Shown in pieces: positions 36,174 to 44,460 of a stretch of DNA of 44,460 nt. Position 1 is the first letter of the stretch, and every line of letters starts with the position of its first letter. Source of the DNA: a virus (taxonomy: Duplodnaviria > Caudoviricetes); the IMG/VR virus record IMGVR_UViG_3300019781_000050, positions 1 to 44,460 of that record; one strand, 5' to 3'. The notes below the pieces were generated by a model. It saw only the letters and a program-made list of their open reading frames with translations, was not told the DNA's origin and made no database searches. Both the position numbers and the translations under genes were made by a program.

Positions 36174-37094
36174 ATGCTGACGGAAGATCAAGTCAAGGAG
36201 CGCGTCGGGTACTTGGGCGGCAGCGATATCGCCGCCATTCTCGGGCTATCCCGTTTCAAGACCCCGCTGCAAGTGTGGGGGGAAAAGACGGGCAATCTCG
36301 TTCCCGAGGATATCAGCCACAAGCTACAGGTGCGCCTCGGGAATAAACTGGAGGCCACCGTCTGCGACCTGTTCACCGAGGAAACCGGAAAGAAGGTTGC
36401 CCGCGTGAACGAAACGCTGACGCATCCGAAGCACCCTTTTCTTCGCGGCAACATTGACCGGCGCGTGGTCGGTGAGAAGTCGGTCCTGGAAGCCAAGACA
36501 ACTTCCTCATGGAACGCCAAGCAATGGGAGGGCGAGGAAATCCCCCAGGAGTACCTACTGCAAACCTATTTCTACATGGAGCTAGGCGGCTTTGAGCGCG
36601 GCTATGTCGCCTGCCTCGTCGGGAATCAGGGCTTCCATATTAAAACCCTGGAACGGGACGAGGCCCTACAGAAACAGATCATCGAAAAAGCCGTGGACTT
36701 CTGGACGCGCTATGTCGTGACCGGGATTATGCCGACCATCGTCACATCTAAGGACGCCGGAACGCTTTATGACCTGTTCCCCATGGGAGACGACGGCGAG
36801 GCTGTCCCGCTTGACGACAAAGCCGCCGCCCTCATTGACGCCATCCAGGCCATGAAAGAGGACGGCAAGGCGCTCGACAAGCAGACGGAGAAGGCCGAGA
36901 ACGAACTGCGCCTTATGCTTGGCGAACACTCGGCGGGCGTGACCGACAAATACCGCGTCACCTGGAAGAATCAGACGACTAACCGGGTGGACCTTAAAGC
37001 CTTGCGCGAGAAGGAGCCGACCCTCTGCGCCAAGTACGCCGAGAAGTCGGAATCCCGCGTACTCCGCATCAATCTCATAAAACCCTCGAAGTAA
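36174..37094 (+). CDS. YqaJ-like (lambda exonuclease family) recombination nuclease
   Basis: R..YLGGSDIAAILGLS.FKTPLQVW.EK, GNKLE, NIDR, LEAKT, YLLQ..Y. Confidence 0.92.
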   Translation: MLTEDQVKERVGYLGGSDIAAILGLSRFKTPLQVWGEKTGNLVPEDISHKLQVRLGNKLEATVCDLFTEETGKKVARVNETLTHPKHPFLRGNIDRRVVGEKSVLEAKTTSSWNAKQWEGEEIPQEYLLQTYFYMELGGFERGYVACLVGNQGFHIKTLERDEALQKQIIEKAVDFWTRYVVTGIMPTIVTSKDAGTLYDLFPMGDDGEAVPLDDKAAALIDAIQAMKEDGKALDKQTEKAENELRLMLGEHSAGVTDKYRVTWKNQTTNRVDLKALREKEPTLCAKYAEKSESRVLRINLIKPSK

Positions 37095-37104
37095 GGAGAA
37101 CACC

Positions 37105-38193
37105 ATGTCAACCGTAGATGCCGTGAAGAACGCCCTGACGCAGACTCCCAAGGCCGTCCCGCTTCAAGACCTCATTCAGCAGAGCGTCAAGGAATTGGGA
37201 CGCGCCCTGCCGTCGCACTTGAGCCCTGACCGGCTTGTCAGGATCGCGCTTACCACCATCCGTCTTAATCCCGCGCTGGCGCAATGCTCGCCCGAGTCGT
37301 TCTTGGGTTCGCTTTTCACCCTGGCGCAGCTCGGCCTTGAGCCCGTCGCGGGCCGCGCCTACCTGTTGCCATTCAACAACAAGCGCAAGATCGGCGGCGA
37401 GTGGAAGTCTATCCTGGAAGTGCAGGCCCTCGTCGGTTACAAGGGCCTCGTCGAACTGTTCTACCGCCACGAAAAGGCCGTCATGCTCACCTGGGGCGTC
37501 GTCCATGAGGGCGACGACTTCCAGTATCAGAAGGGAACGGGACAGTTCCTCCACCACACGCCCGCACAGAAGAAGCGCGGCGAAATCATGGGCTACTGGG
37601 TCGCGGCCAAATTGCAGAACGGCGGCGAGCCTTTCGAGTACATGACCAAAGACGAGTGCATGGCCCACGGCGCGAAGCACTCCAAGACCTACGACAAGAA
37701 CGGAGGGAAGTTCTACGACTCGTCGCCCTGGGCCAAAGAGCCCGAGGCCATGTGCCTTAAGACCGTCCTGATTCAGTTGGCGAAGCTACTGCCCCTGTCC
37801 ATGGAACTGCAACAGGCCATCGCCAACGACGAAACCTCCCGCGACTTCCGGCGCGGGGTGTCCGATGTTCTGGACATCGCCCCGACGACGAATTGGGAGG
37901 AAACGACCGCCGACAGGCCCGCCGAAGGGAACGACCCAGACGAGGCCGAAGCCGCGCCCGCCAAGCCCAAGGTGTCCGAGGCCGTCACGGAAGTCTTTGG
38001 GGCGAAGTCCACCGATGGAGTCCGGTACATCTCAGACGGGCAGCGCAAGCGGTTCTACGCCATCTGGAAAGGCGCGGGGAAGGACGCCGACGATGTTAAG
38101 TCGCATCTCATGGACCAGATCGGGACCGATGACTCCGCGAAGATTCCGTCCGAGAAGTACGAAGCCCTGTGCGCCTGGGCCGAAGCCGCCTAA
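37105..38193 (+). CDS. recT: RecT family single-strand annealing protein
   Basis: L.QCSPESFLGSL...AQLGLEP, AYLLPF, GYKGLVEL, W....EAM..KTV. Confidence 0.92.
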   Translation: MSTVDAVKNALTQTPKAVPLQDLIQQSVKELGRALPSHLSPDRLVRIALTTIRLNPALAQCSPESFLGSLFTLAQLGLEPVAGRAYLLPFNNKRKIGGEWKSILEVQALVGYKGLVELFYRHEKAVMLTWGVVHEGDDFQYQKGTGQFLHHTPAQKKRGEIMGYWVAAKLQNGGEPFEYMTKDECMAHGAKHSKTYDKNGGKFYDSSPWAKEPEAMCLKTVLIQLAKLLPLSMELQQAIANDETSRDFRRGVSDVLDIAPTTNWEETTADRPAEGNDPDEAEAAPAKPKVSEAVTEVFGAKSTDGVRYISDGQRKRFYAIWKGAGKDADDVKSHLMDQIGTDDSAKIPSEKYEALCAWAEAA

Positions 38194-38396
38194 TGAATAC
38201 GAACACTCCGAGCGCGGGCGGCGGGACCCGCGCAGAACACAAAGCCATGCTCTCCTGCAAATGCACCGAAGCTGACCAACTCTACGGGGTCTGTCTGTTC
38301 TGCGGCAAGGTGTCCCTCCCCGACCCGTCCTGGTTGGTGGTCGTCGTCGCGGCGGTGTTCTTCCTGGCCCATGTGGCCTGGTGGATTGCGTTATGA
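38193..38396 (+). CDS. Small membrane protein with Cys motifs
   Basis: TAATG coupling, C-terminal TM. Confidence 0.45.
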   Translation: MNTNTPSAGGGTRAEHKAMLSCKCTEADQLYGVCLFCGKVSLPDPSWLVVVVAAVFFLAHVAWWIAL

Positions 38397-38779
38397 GCGA
38401 ATCAAAAGCCGTCCTGTGCTATGTCGATGGGCCGTGGGCGTTTTTCACCACTCAACCGCTAAAAGAGCAGTGGGGCGACGATTGGGACGATGCTCCCTAC
38501 GAACACAACGCGGTCGACCCGTACATCTGGCGCGAAGGATACAGCGAAGAGGCCCCGTACCAAATAATTAAGGTCGCCTTCGACGGCCCGCTAGAGTCCC
38601 CATGCGCCAATGTCATAAACAGCCATTTCTCCGTCAAGCAAATTAACGCGGGCCATGTGGCATGGCTCCGTGATTGTTGGGGCGAATCGGCAATAGCCAT
38701 CCCCGCTGGGGTCACGGTTGACGAGTTTTGCGCCCTAGTCGAAAAAGCGGGCGGCAAAGTCTACCGGGTGGCCAAATGA
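38393..38779 (+). CDS. Hypothetical phage protein
   Basis: LCYV..WAFFT...[15 protein letters not shown] motif. Confidence 0.65.
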   Translation: MSESKAVLCYVDGPWAFFTTQPLKEQWGDDWDDAPYEHNAVDPYIWREGYSEEAPYQIIKVAFDGPLESPCANVINSHFSVKQINAGHVAWLRDCWGESAIAIPAGVTVDEFCALVEKAGGKVYRVAK

Positions 38780-38897
38780 TCCTCGTCGATTCCACCGAGC
38801 AAATCAAGTGCGGCCAGTGCGGGTTGGTCGTCACCATCCCCAAGGCCACATCCTTTTCGATTTGCGCTTGCACCAACATCTTAAAGGAGCCGAAGAA

Positions 38898-39485
38898 ATG
38901 AAATACGAAATAAAGAGCCGTTGGGATGGGAAGATTTTATACACCGATGAGGCCGTTTCGTTTGCCGCGCTTGTCGCCGCCGCCGTGAAGTCCCGCGCGA
39001 ATTTGTCCGGCGCGGATTTGTCCCGCGCGGATTTGTCCGGCGCGAATTTGTACCGCGCGAATTTGTACGGCGCGAATTTGTACGGCGCGGATTTGTCCCG
39101 CGCGAATTTGTACGGCGCGAATTTGTACGACGCGGATTTGTCCGGCGCGAATTTGTCCGGCGCGAATTTGTCCGGCGCGGATTTGTCCCGCGCGGATTTG
39201 TCCGGCGCGAATTTGTACGGCGCGAATTTGTACGGCTACTTCGCTTTTGGACCCGGTGGATCACGCAAATCCTACACCTGGGCGCGATGGGAGGAAGGCG
39301 GCTATATGGTCCACTGTGGTTGTCAGACATTGACGCTTAAAGACTTTGCCGCGGCCGTCAAGAAAACCCACAAGGACAACGCCCACGCGAAGTTTTACGA
39401 GCTAAATATAAAAGTGATGGAGCATGTCGCGTCGGAGTCGGAGGCGGAATACCGCGAGAGTGCGAAAGTGGCGGTTGCAAAATGA
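38898..39485 (+). CDS. Pentapeptide repeat protein
   Basis: AAGGAG RBS; 16 A(N/D)L(S/Y)(G/R/D) units; C-terminal VHCGC...L..F motif. Confidence 0.9.
   Translation: MKYEIKSRWDGKILYTDEAVSFAALVAAAVKSRANLSGADLSRADLSGANLYRANLYGANLYGADLSRANLYGANLYDADLSGANLSGANLSGADLSRADLSGANLYGANLYGYFAFGPGGSRKSYTWARWEEGGYMVHCGCQTLTLKDFAAAVKKTHKDNAHAKFYELNIKVMEHVASESEAEYRESAKVAVAK
38997..39236 (+). repeat. 16 x 15-bp coding tandem repeat
   Basis: GCG(A/G)ATTTGT(C/A)C(G/C)GC units. Confidence 0.95.
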
Positions 39486-39811
39486 GCGGGTTTGAAGAAT
39501 GGCTCAACTCAACCCAAGCCCGCCGCGACGAGATAACCGCCTTCTCAAAAGTGGCGATGGTCAATGTGGACAAGGCGATTGAGTACAGCGCGGAGATTTC
39601 GATCATGGAGAACCAGGCCGACGCATTCGTTAAGGTGGAGTTCGCCAAGGCGCTGCGGGAGGCCAGAAAGAAGTACCCCGACGCGACGGCGGCCGAGAGG
39701 TTGGCCTATGTCAAATCTGACATATCGCAAATTTCGCTGTTCGTCCAGGAATTGGCCGTTATCGGCCGCGTAATTCGTGACCGACTGTATTGCCGTAATG
39801 CCTCGCGCTGA
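39482..39811 (+). CDS. Hypothetical helical protein
   Basis: ATGA coupling. Confidence 0.55.
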   Translation: MSGFEEWLNSTQARRDEITAFSKVAMVNVDKAIEYSAEISIMENQADAFVKVEFAKALREARKKYPDATAAERLAYVKSDISQISLFVQELAVIGRVIRDRLYCRNASR

Positions 39812-39858
39812 CCCCTGAAAGGCTTTGCCTTTGGATTTGACTTGAATAGGAGCCGCAA

Positions 39859-40167
39859 ATGAAAACCCCCTCGAAGAAGCCGTCCCTCTCGTTCAACCAC
39901 GATCGTCGTGAAGTTTTCTACGGAGGAAAGGAGCGCTACCTCGCCCCCTCCGAGTACGCCATCCTCAAGGCCCTCTACGACACCGGCAAGGCCCTCACCC
40001 GCGCCGACCTGGCTCGCGCCATGGGCCAGGATGAGGATACCGTAGAAGCATACGCCTCCTCGCGCACGGTCGATCAGCATGTTTGTCGGCTGAAAAGGAA
40101 GCTAGGCGCTGGCCTTATCCTGATGGTCCCCCGCTTCGGCTACAAGCTCAGAAGCGCGGTCCTCTAG
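39859..40167 (+). CDS. Stand-alone OmpR/PhoB-type winged-helix (Trans_reg_C) protein
   Basis: LAPSEYAILKAL..GKALTR..L...SRTVDQHVCRLKRKLG...VPRFGYKL. Confidence 0.88.
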   Translation: MKTPSKKPSLSFNHDRREVFYGGKERYLAPSEYAILKALYDTGKALTRADLARAMGQDEDTVEAYASSRTVDQHVCRLKRKLGAGLILMVPRFGYKLRSAVL

Positions 40168-40179
40168 TAGGGTCACAAC

Positions 40180-41130
40180 ATGGCCCGCATTAGATCTATA
40201 AAACCGGAACAGCCGAAAGACGAAGATTTGGCCCTGCTTCCAATCAACACGCGATACCTTTTTACCTTCCTCCCCACGCTTGCAGACCGGGAAGGGAGGC
40301 TTGAGGACCGCCACAGGGTCATAAAGCTCGAAATATTCCCTTGGGACGATGTGGATGTGGAGGAAATGCTTACCAAACTCTGCCCGAAGTTCATAATCCG
40401 CTACGAAAACGACGGGCGCGGCTATATCCAGATTCGCACTTTCCTCAAGCATCAGCGGCCAAATAACAAAGAGTTGCCGTCCACAATCCCGGCCCCGAGC
40501 AAGGAGCAGTCAGAGGTTCGCTTTATCCAGAAAAAGCGTTCCTTAATCCAGAAAAAGGCTCCCTTAATCCAGAATGAGGGTATAGGTGTAGGGAAGGGAA
40601 GGGGTAGGGAAAGGGAAGGGAAGGTAATGGACTTAGCGCCTGCGGCGCAAGTGGTTGATATCCCTAAACCCAAATCAGACCTAACCCGAATCGTTGAAGC
40701 CTACAAACACGCGAAAGGAATCCGGATGGATGACGCCGCGTGGAACAAGGCGCAATGGCCCCGAGCCTGCAAGGCCGGTAAGTCGCTCCTGGATTGCTTT
40801 GGGGGCGACCTCGACAAAGCCGCCGCCTACCTGTTCTATCGGGCCGAGCATCTGAAAGAGGCGGGGCTTGAGTGGCGCTTTGAAACCATCGTGAAACACG
40901 CATGGGACGGCCTGGGGATGGAAACCGGAAAGGAGAATCAAGATGGACTCAGAAATCAGCCGTTGGGCGCAGATTTGCTTCTTCGACCAGGATCAACTCG
41001 ACGCCTTACACAATCGGGAGCTTTGGTTGGCGAGGCGCTGCGGGGCCTCGAACACTCCGCTATTCATGCAGAAGGGGTTGGCGACATGGGAGGCCCTGGG
41101 GATGATTTCCAGGGCGACCATGACGATTAG
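40180..41130 (+). CDS. Phage replication initiator
   Basis: MARIRSIKPE...ADREGR...IFP.D...YIQI..F.KHQ N-terminal domain; GKGRGREREGK linker. Confidence 0.78.
   Translation: MARIRSIKPEQPKDEDLALLPINTRYLFTFLPTLADREGRLEDRHRVIKLEIFPWDDVDVEEMLTKLCPKFIIRYENDGRGYIQIRTFLKHQRPNNKELPSTIPAPSKEQSEVRFIQKKRSLIQKKAPLIQNEGIGVGKGRGREREGKVMDLAPAAQVVDIPKPKSDLTRIVEAYKHAKGIRMDDAAWNKAQWPRACKAGKSLLDCFGGDLDKAAAYLFYRAEHLKEAGLEWRFETIVKHAWDGLGMETGKENQDGLRNQPLGADLLLRPGSTRRLTQSGALVGEALRGLEHSAIHAEGVGDMGGPGDDFQGDHDD
40525..40574 (+). repeat. Iteron-like repeats (putative origin) inside the initiator gene
   Basis: ATCCAGAA at 40525, 40546, 40567 (21-bp period). Confidence 0.55.
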
Positions 41131-41443
41131 CCCTGACGGCTACTGGCCCAAGGGCATGGACTCCTCGGCGCAGTTCCGGAGCATGGACGACTTCATGCGG
41201 GCCATCTACCCCATCTGGAAGGGCATCGAGAAAAAGGACAAAGAGGCCGAAACCGCGCTGACCGGGGAGCAAGTGCGCGTCCCCGGCCAAGTCCTCTTTG
41301 AGTGCCTGACCATGCACCGCCAGGATCGCGCCATCCATCAGTCAGGACACAAGCCGGTCAAGAACAACGCCCCGCCCGCCGACTTCCGCAAGAAAGCCGC
41401 GGCCTCTGACAAGTTCTCGGGGTGGCGTTCGAATGGAGAATAA
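41120..41443 (+). CDS. Hypothetical protein
   Basis: MTISPDGYW... overlaps the initiator end. Confidence 0.5.
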   Translation: MTISPDGYWPKGMDSSAQFRSMDDFMRAIYPIWKGIEKKDKEAETALTGEQVRVPGQVLFECLTMHRQDRAIHQSGHKPVKNNAPPADFRKKAAASDKFSGWRSNGE

Positions 41444-41568
41444 GATGGTTCGCCCGCCCTCGTTTTTTAACATTGCGCGGCATTTCTGGACTTCCCCGAG
41501 GCTCCAAATCGAGCGGGGGATTGGTGCGGCGAGGATTAAGGCGTCTTTCAAGGCTTTGAAGGTGCGCT

Positions 41569-42033
41569 GTGATGGCCACAAATCTAACGAAACAGCCTTA
41601 TTACAGGAGAAACATGAACTGCGCGCACTGTCTTAAAGAGATTGTCCAGAGAACATTAATAAGCGGGGTGGAATCTAAAGCCAAAAGACGCTTTTGTTCT
41701 AAGAAATGTGGATCAGACTTAAGGAAATCAATGTATCAGGCCGTCGGTAAGAAAAATGGAGTATGCCCTTCCACTGTTGGGACAATAAGCGAAATGGTTG
41801 TTGCGGTTGAATTGATGAAGAGCGGGTGGAGCGTGTTTAAGAGTCTTTCCCCCGCATCCGCATTTGACCTTATCGCATTCAAAAACGGGGAAATGAAAAA
41901 GATCGAGGTAAAAACAGGGTATCGGGTAGGCGGGAACATTCAAAAGCCACGGCATTCGCATAATTTTCATGACCATTTTGCGGTTGTCGTAAACGGATCG
42001 GAGATTAATTACACCCCGGAGTTTAATCCATGA
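41569..42033 (+). CDS. PD-(D/E)XK endonuclease with N-terminal Zn motif
   Basis: CAHC...RFCSKKC; GTISE...L...GW.V....FDLIA...IEVKTG; low GC; start may be at the downstream ATG after AGGAG. Confidence 0.75.
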   Translation: MMATNLTKQPYYRRNMNCAHCLKEIVQRTLISGVESKAKRRFCSKKCGSDLRKSMYQAVGKKNGVCPSTVGTISEMVVAVELMKSGWSVFKSLSPASAFDLIAFKNGEMKKIEVKTGYRVGGNIQKPRHSHNFHDHFAVVVNGSEINYTPEFNP

Positions 42034-42248
42034 CCGACCCCGCCGCCCTCCTCGCCAAGTCAGACATAGAAGCCGCCATTGAGAAACTGCGGGCCAATGT
42101 AGTCCCGCCGATTAAGCCCAACGCCGACAAGGTGCATCCGACTTGCTGTAATGGTTGGAGAAAGGCCGGGAATCATTCGGCGTACTGCTTCACTCAGCGC
42201 GAGTTCTATGTGATGTACTGCCACGGAGTTAAACTTGAATCCCTCTGA
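42030..42248 (+). CDS. Hypothetical protein
   Basis: ATGA coupling. Confidence 0.45.
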   Translation: MTDPAALLAKSDIEAAIEKLRANVVPPIKPNADKVHPTCCNGWRKAGNHSAYCFTQREFYVMYCHGVKLESL

Positions 42249-42699
42249 ACGACTCGCTAAAGCCGTCGCCCGCCGTACCCGCCGAGCCCAGCGCATCCAA
42301 GACAACGCGGAACTTGGGGGCAGGGTGGCAAAGAGGGTGAAGAAGGTCCCGAAGGCCAAACTCCGCAAGCGCCTGGTAAAAGCTCTAGATAAAGCCTTTA
42401 GCCTCGCAGTTCGCGCCAAGTGTTCCAAATGCACCTTTTGCGGGGGGCCGGTAGAGCATTGCTTTCACTATGTCACGCGCTCGAAGTATTCCGTGAGGTG
42501 GGATTTTCGGAACGCTACGGGCAGCTGTGCCGGATGTAATTTCCGCTACGAGTTCGACCCGCACTTCGCCATCTCGTATTTTATCTCGTTCCACGGACTC
42601 CCGGCCTACGAGCAGTTAATCCGCGACGGGAACCAAATCTCAAAACACTCAAACGACGACTTGCAGGGGATTCTGGACGGGATCAAGGGGGCGGCATGA
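42235..42699 (+). CDS. NinG/Rap-like HNH-fold protein
   Basis: LDKAFS..VR...CTFCG...CFHYVTR....RWD..N....CAGCN. Confidence 0.8.
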   Translation: MNPSERLAKAVARRTRRAQRIQDNAELGGRVAKRVKKVPKAKLRKRLVKALDKAFSLAVRAKCSKCTFCGGPVEHCFHYVTRSKYSVRWDFRNATGSCAGCNFRYEFDPHFAISYFISFHGLPAYEQLIRDGNQISKHSNDDLQGILDGIKGAA

Positions 42700-43028
42700 A
42701 AAAGGGCGAGTACAAGATTCCGTTTAACCGCGGGAACCAGTTGGACTATCCGAGCGGCGACTATCCGCAGTATCCGGAAACTCGCATTGAATGGGTGGAC
42801 AACCATGAATTTGACGACACCCTAACGCTAAAAGGCTACGGGCGCGGGCGGTCGTCGGTGACTTTCGAAATGGAGCGCACAAACGGAAAGACGGTAAGCG
42901 TTTTTGTTTCCGACTTCACGGCCATGGCGCGGGAGATGATTCGCGGGAAGATAAGCGGGAGGTTCACCTTTCAGAAGAAGGGGCAGAACTACGGATGCAA
43001 ACTCTCTACTTGCGGGCGGGGGGCGTGA
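42696..43028 (+). CDS. Hypothetical phage protein
   Basis: W.DN.EF..TL...GRS...F...FTF.KKGQNYG. Confidence 0.6.
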   Translation: MKKGEYKIPFNRGNQLDYPSGDYPQYPETRIEWVDNHEFDDTLTLKGYGRGRSSVTFEMERTNGKTVSVFVSDFTAMAREMIRGKISGRFTFQKKGQNYGCKLSTCGRGA

Positions 43029-43155
43029 GCTTGCGCTTGCGGATGGCCTTCCGGTAGGTGCGGCACTTGGAAGTGTTGGCGCAATTCGGGGAGCAGAAGC
43101 GTTGCCAGTAGACGGACTTAGCGAACAACTCTTTACACTCGCGGCATTTCGGCAT
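43006..43155 (-). CDS. 49-aa leaderless zinc-finger protein (missed by ORF track)
   Basis: MPKCRECKELFAKSVYWQRFCSPNCANTSKCRTYRKAIRKRKLTPPARK; ATG 5 nt after a -10 box. Confidence 0.7.
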   Translation of the reverse strand: MPKCRECKELFAKSVYWQRFCSPNCANTSKCRTYRKAIRKRKLTPPARK

Positions 43156-43160
43156 ACCGC

Positions 43161-43189
43161 AGTATAACAGCAACACCGCGAAGTGTCAA
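43161..43189 (-). promoter_or_regulatory. Leftward sigma70 promoter
   Basis: TTGACA (43189-43184) N17 TATACT (43166-43161). Confidence 0.85.
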
Positions 43190-43197
43190 ATAAGGGG

Positions 43198-43226
43198 TTG
43201 ACAAACAACACCATAGGGTGTATACT
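43198..43226 (+). promoter_or_regulatory. Rightward sigma70 promoter
   Basis: TTGACA (43198-43203) N17 TATACT (43221-43226). Confidence 0.85.
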
Positions 43227-43250
43227 TTTAGGGCGAGGGAGAAACAATCT

Positions 43251-43300
43251 GGACCGCCCGAAAACTCTCCCTCGCAGGAAGTCCGGGCGGTCCTCTTTTT
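43251..43300 (+). terminator. Leader terminator/attenuator hairpin
   Basis: GGACCGCCCG ... CGGGCGGTCC followed by TCTTTTT. Confidence 0.7.
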
Positions 43301-43323
43301 AGACGCAACGCGAGGGAGATAAC

Positions 43324-43479
43324 ATGAAGCGCAAGAGCAACGGTATGTGGATTACGGAGGACTTCGGGACGCGCTTTAAGTTGATGGCCGGGGTTGGCCA
43401 GGTTTTGGGATTCTACGACACCTACGAACAGGCCAAGGAAGCCCGCGCGGAACTGGCCAAAGCCGAGGCCCCAAAATGA
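43324..43479 (+). CDS. 51-aa protein with AP2-like motif
   Basis: GGGAG RBS; LGFYDTYEQAKEAR. Confidence 0.6.
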   Translation: MKRKSNGMWITEDFGTRFKLMAGVGQVLGFYDTYEQAKEARAELAKAEAPK

Positions 43480-43519
43480 CCCCCTGCCATTGCGACCAGT
43501 GCGACGAGAAGGAGGGAGC

Positions 43520-44140
43520 GTGAAAGACCTGACCGAGAGGGCTCGGGAGTTTTTAGACCACAAGGGATGTGCCAGCCGGGATGAGTTCTGCCGAGAAGAA
43601 TTGAACCTTGCCGCCTTCGCCAAGTCCGTAGCTGATGATGCGGTGAAGGAGATTCTATCCGTGTGCCTTTGTTGGAAGTCGGAGAATTGCCCACTTCACT
43701 CCGTCGGTATAGCCGAGGAGATGGCCGCTCATAACAAGACTAAAGACCAACTCGCCATGGCGTTTCGCGTAGTCGAGAGCCACAAGGAGCGAGAAGCCAA
43801 TGCTGTCAGGATCGGATGCGCGAATATCACTCGCGCCGAGAAAGCCGAATCCCTCCTCGCCACATCGCGTTGGGAGGCGGGGAGGTTGAGGGAGGCGTTG
43901 CAAATTACGCGCGCATGGTTCTGTGGTCCCTGGGTCAAGCCCGCCAGAACTCTTGGACAAGTCGTCGAGATTATTGACGCCGCCCTCTCCGCAACCCCTC
44001 CCGCCGTGGAGCCGACGAAGCCGTGCGAGAAGTGCCACGGAACCCTTACGGTGAACGCCGAGTGGGTATCGGGCGCAACCCTTCTCCCCTGCCCGAAGTG
44101 CGCCCCCGCCAAGGCCGAGCCCGCGAAGGAGAAGGCGTGA
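43520..44140 (+). CDS. Hypothetical protein with C-terminal CxxC pairs
   Basis: GGAGG RBS, GTG start; CEKCHG...CPKC. Confidence 0.55.
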   Translation: MKDLTERAREFLDHKGCASRDEFCREELNLAAFAKSVADDAVKEILSVCLCWKSENCPLHSVGIAEEMAAHNKTKDQLAMAFRVVESHKEREANAVRIGCANITRAEKAESLLATSRWEAGRLREALQITRAWFCGPWVKPARTLGQVVEIIDAALSATPPAVEPTKPCEKCHGTLTVNAEWVSGATLLPCPKCAPAKAEPAKEKA

Positions 44141-44421
44141 ACATAAAACTGGAATTAGACCCCGCGACCATAGGAAAAACGCTTGCCGCCGCATTTGCTC
44201 AGGCTACGGGAGCGACCGGGAAATGGTCATGTAATTTTAAGGTCGATGGCCATGCCTTCATCGGGGCGACATTGACGCTTGACGAACACCCTACGCCGCC
44301 CGCCCCCGCGCCCGACAATGCGGCGGGGAGGCCGTGCGTCCATGAGTGGTACCCGAAGCCGTATGAGCGCGGCTTGTACTGCAACAAGTGTCAGGCCGAT
44401 CAGACCAAGGGGGCCAAATGA
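44137..44421 (+). CDS. Hypothetical protein
   Basis: GTGA coupling; C.HEW...C..C. Confidence 0.55.
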   Translation: MNIKLELDPATIGKTLAAAFAQATGATGKWSCNFKVDGHAFIGATLTLDEHPTPPAPAPDNAAGRPCVHEWYPKPYERGLYCNKCQADQTKGAK

Positions 44422-44460
44422 GCAATGCCTGTCACTCGCATTGTTGGTGTCAGAAAACTT
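44418..44460 (+). CDS. 5' part of the ORF that continues at position 1
   Basis: ATGA overlap with the previous stop; frame open to the window end. Confidence 0.7.
   Translation, partial: MSNACHSHCWCQKT

Larger units (their letters stand above)
1..44460. mobile_element. Complete circular temperate phage genome (podovirus-like gene set)
   Basis: Packaging, head, short-tail, lysis, integration, recombination and replication modules all present; no tape measure or sheath recognised; ORF continuous across the junction; unsplit attP. Confidence 0.9.

Noticed and set aside
35560-36180. 206-aa ORF from the track
   Set aside because: No recognisable motifs and it overlies dense RNA stems; likely a chance open frame in GC-rich DNA, though not excluded
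38997-39236. Possible CRISPR array
   Set aside because: Contiguous 15-bp coding repeats with no unique spacers and no cas genes
1-44460. Genome-wide stop-codon reassignment
   Set aside because: Core genes are full length in code 11, and TAA, TAG and TGA all end genes at sensible overlaps; only one isolated internal TAA was seen
1-44460. DGR, retron or group II intron
   Set aside because: No reverse transcriptase motifs recognised and no TR/VR repeat pair noticed

Overview
The window looks like the complete, circularly permuted genome (44,460 bp) of a GC-rich temperate tailed phage. An ORF reads in frame across the end-start junction, and an unsplit attP lies next to a tyrosine integrase. 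Modules: (i) small accessory genes and a Wzy_C (O-antigen ligase/O-OTase-like) membrane protein; (ii) a late region with TerS, SpoVG, TerL, GroES, a fibre, portal, scaffold, decoration protein, Mu gpT-like capsid, podovirus-type adaptor and nozzle, and ejection proteins; (iii) lysis genes (XhlA-like, Amidase_2, LL-H-like holin) and a metallophosphoesterase; (iv) attP, integrase and a leftward envelope cassette; (v) an early region with Xis-like HTH, structured tRNA-like elements, YqaJ/RecT, pentapeptide protein, replication initiator and NinG. The OM beta-barrel and Wzy_C genes imply a diderm host. The most striking signal is that the predicted external virion parts (adaptor, nozzle, fibre/decoration proteins) carry Sec-type signal peptides and are mostly Cys-rich, whereas portal, scaffold, capsid and ejection proteins do not. 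This suggests virion assembly split between cytoplasm and periplasm. Also notable: attP carries the 5' (not 3') half of tRNA-Leu(CAA); a palindrome sits at identical spacing before two late -10 boxes; back-to-back promoters control a leaderless Zn-finger gene and a three-element RNA switch. All functional calls come from motif recognition by eye; no searches were run.
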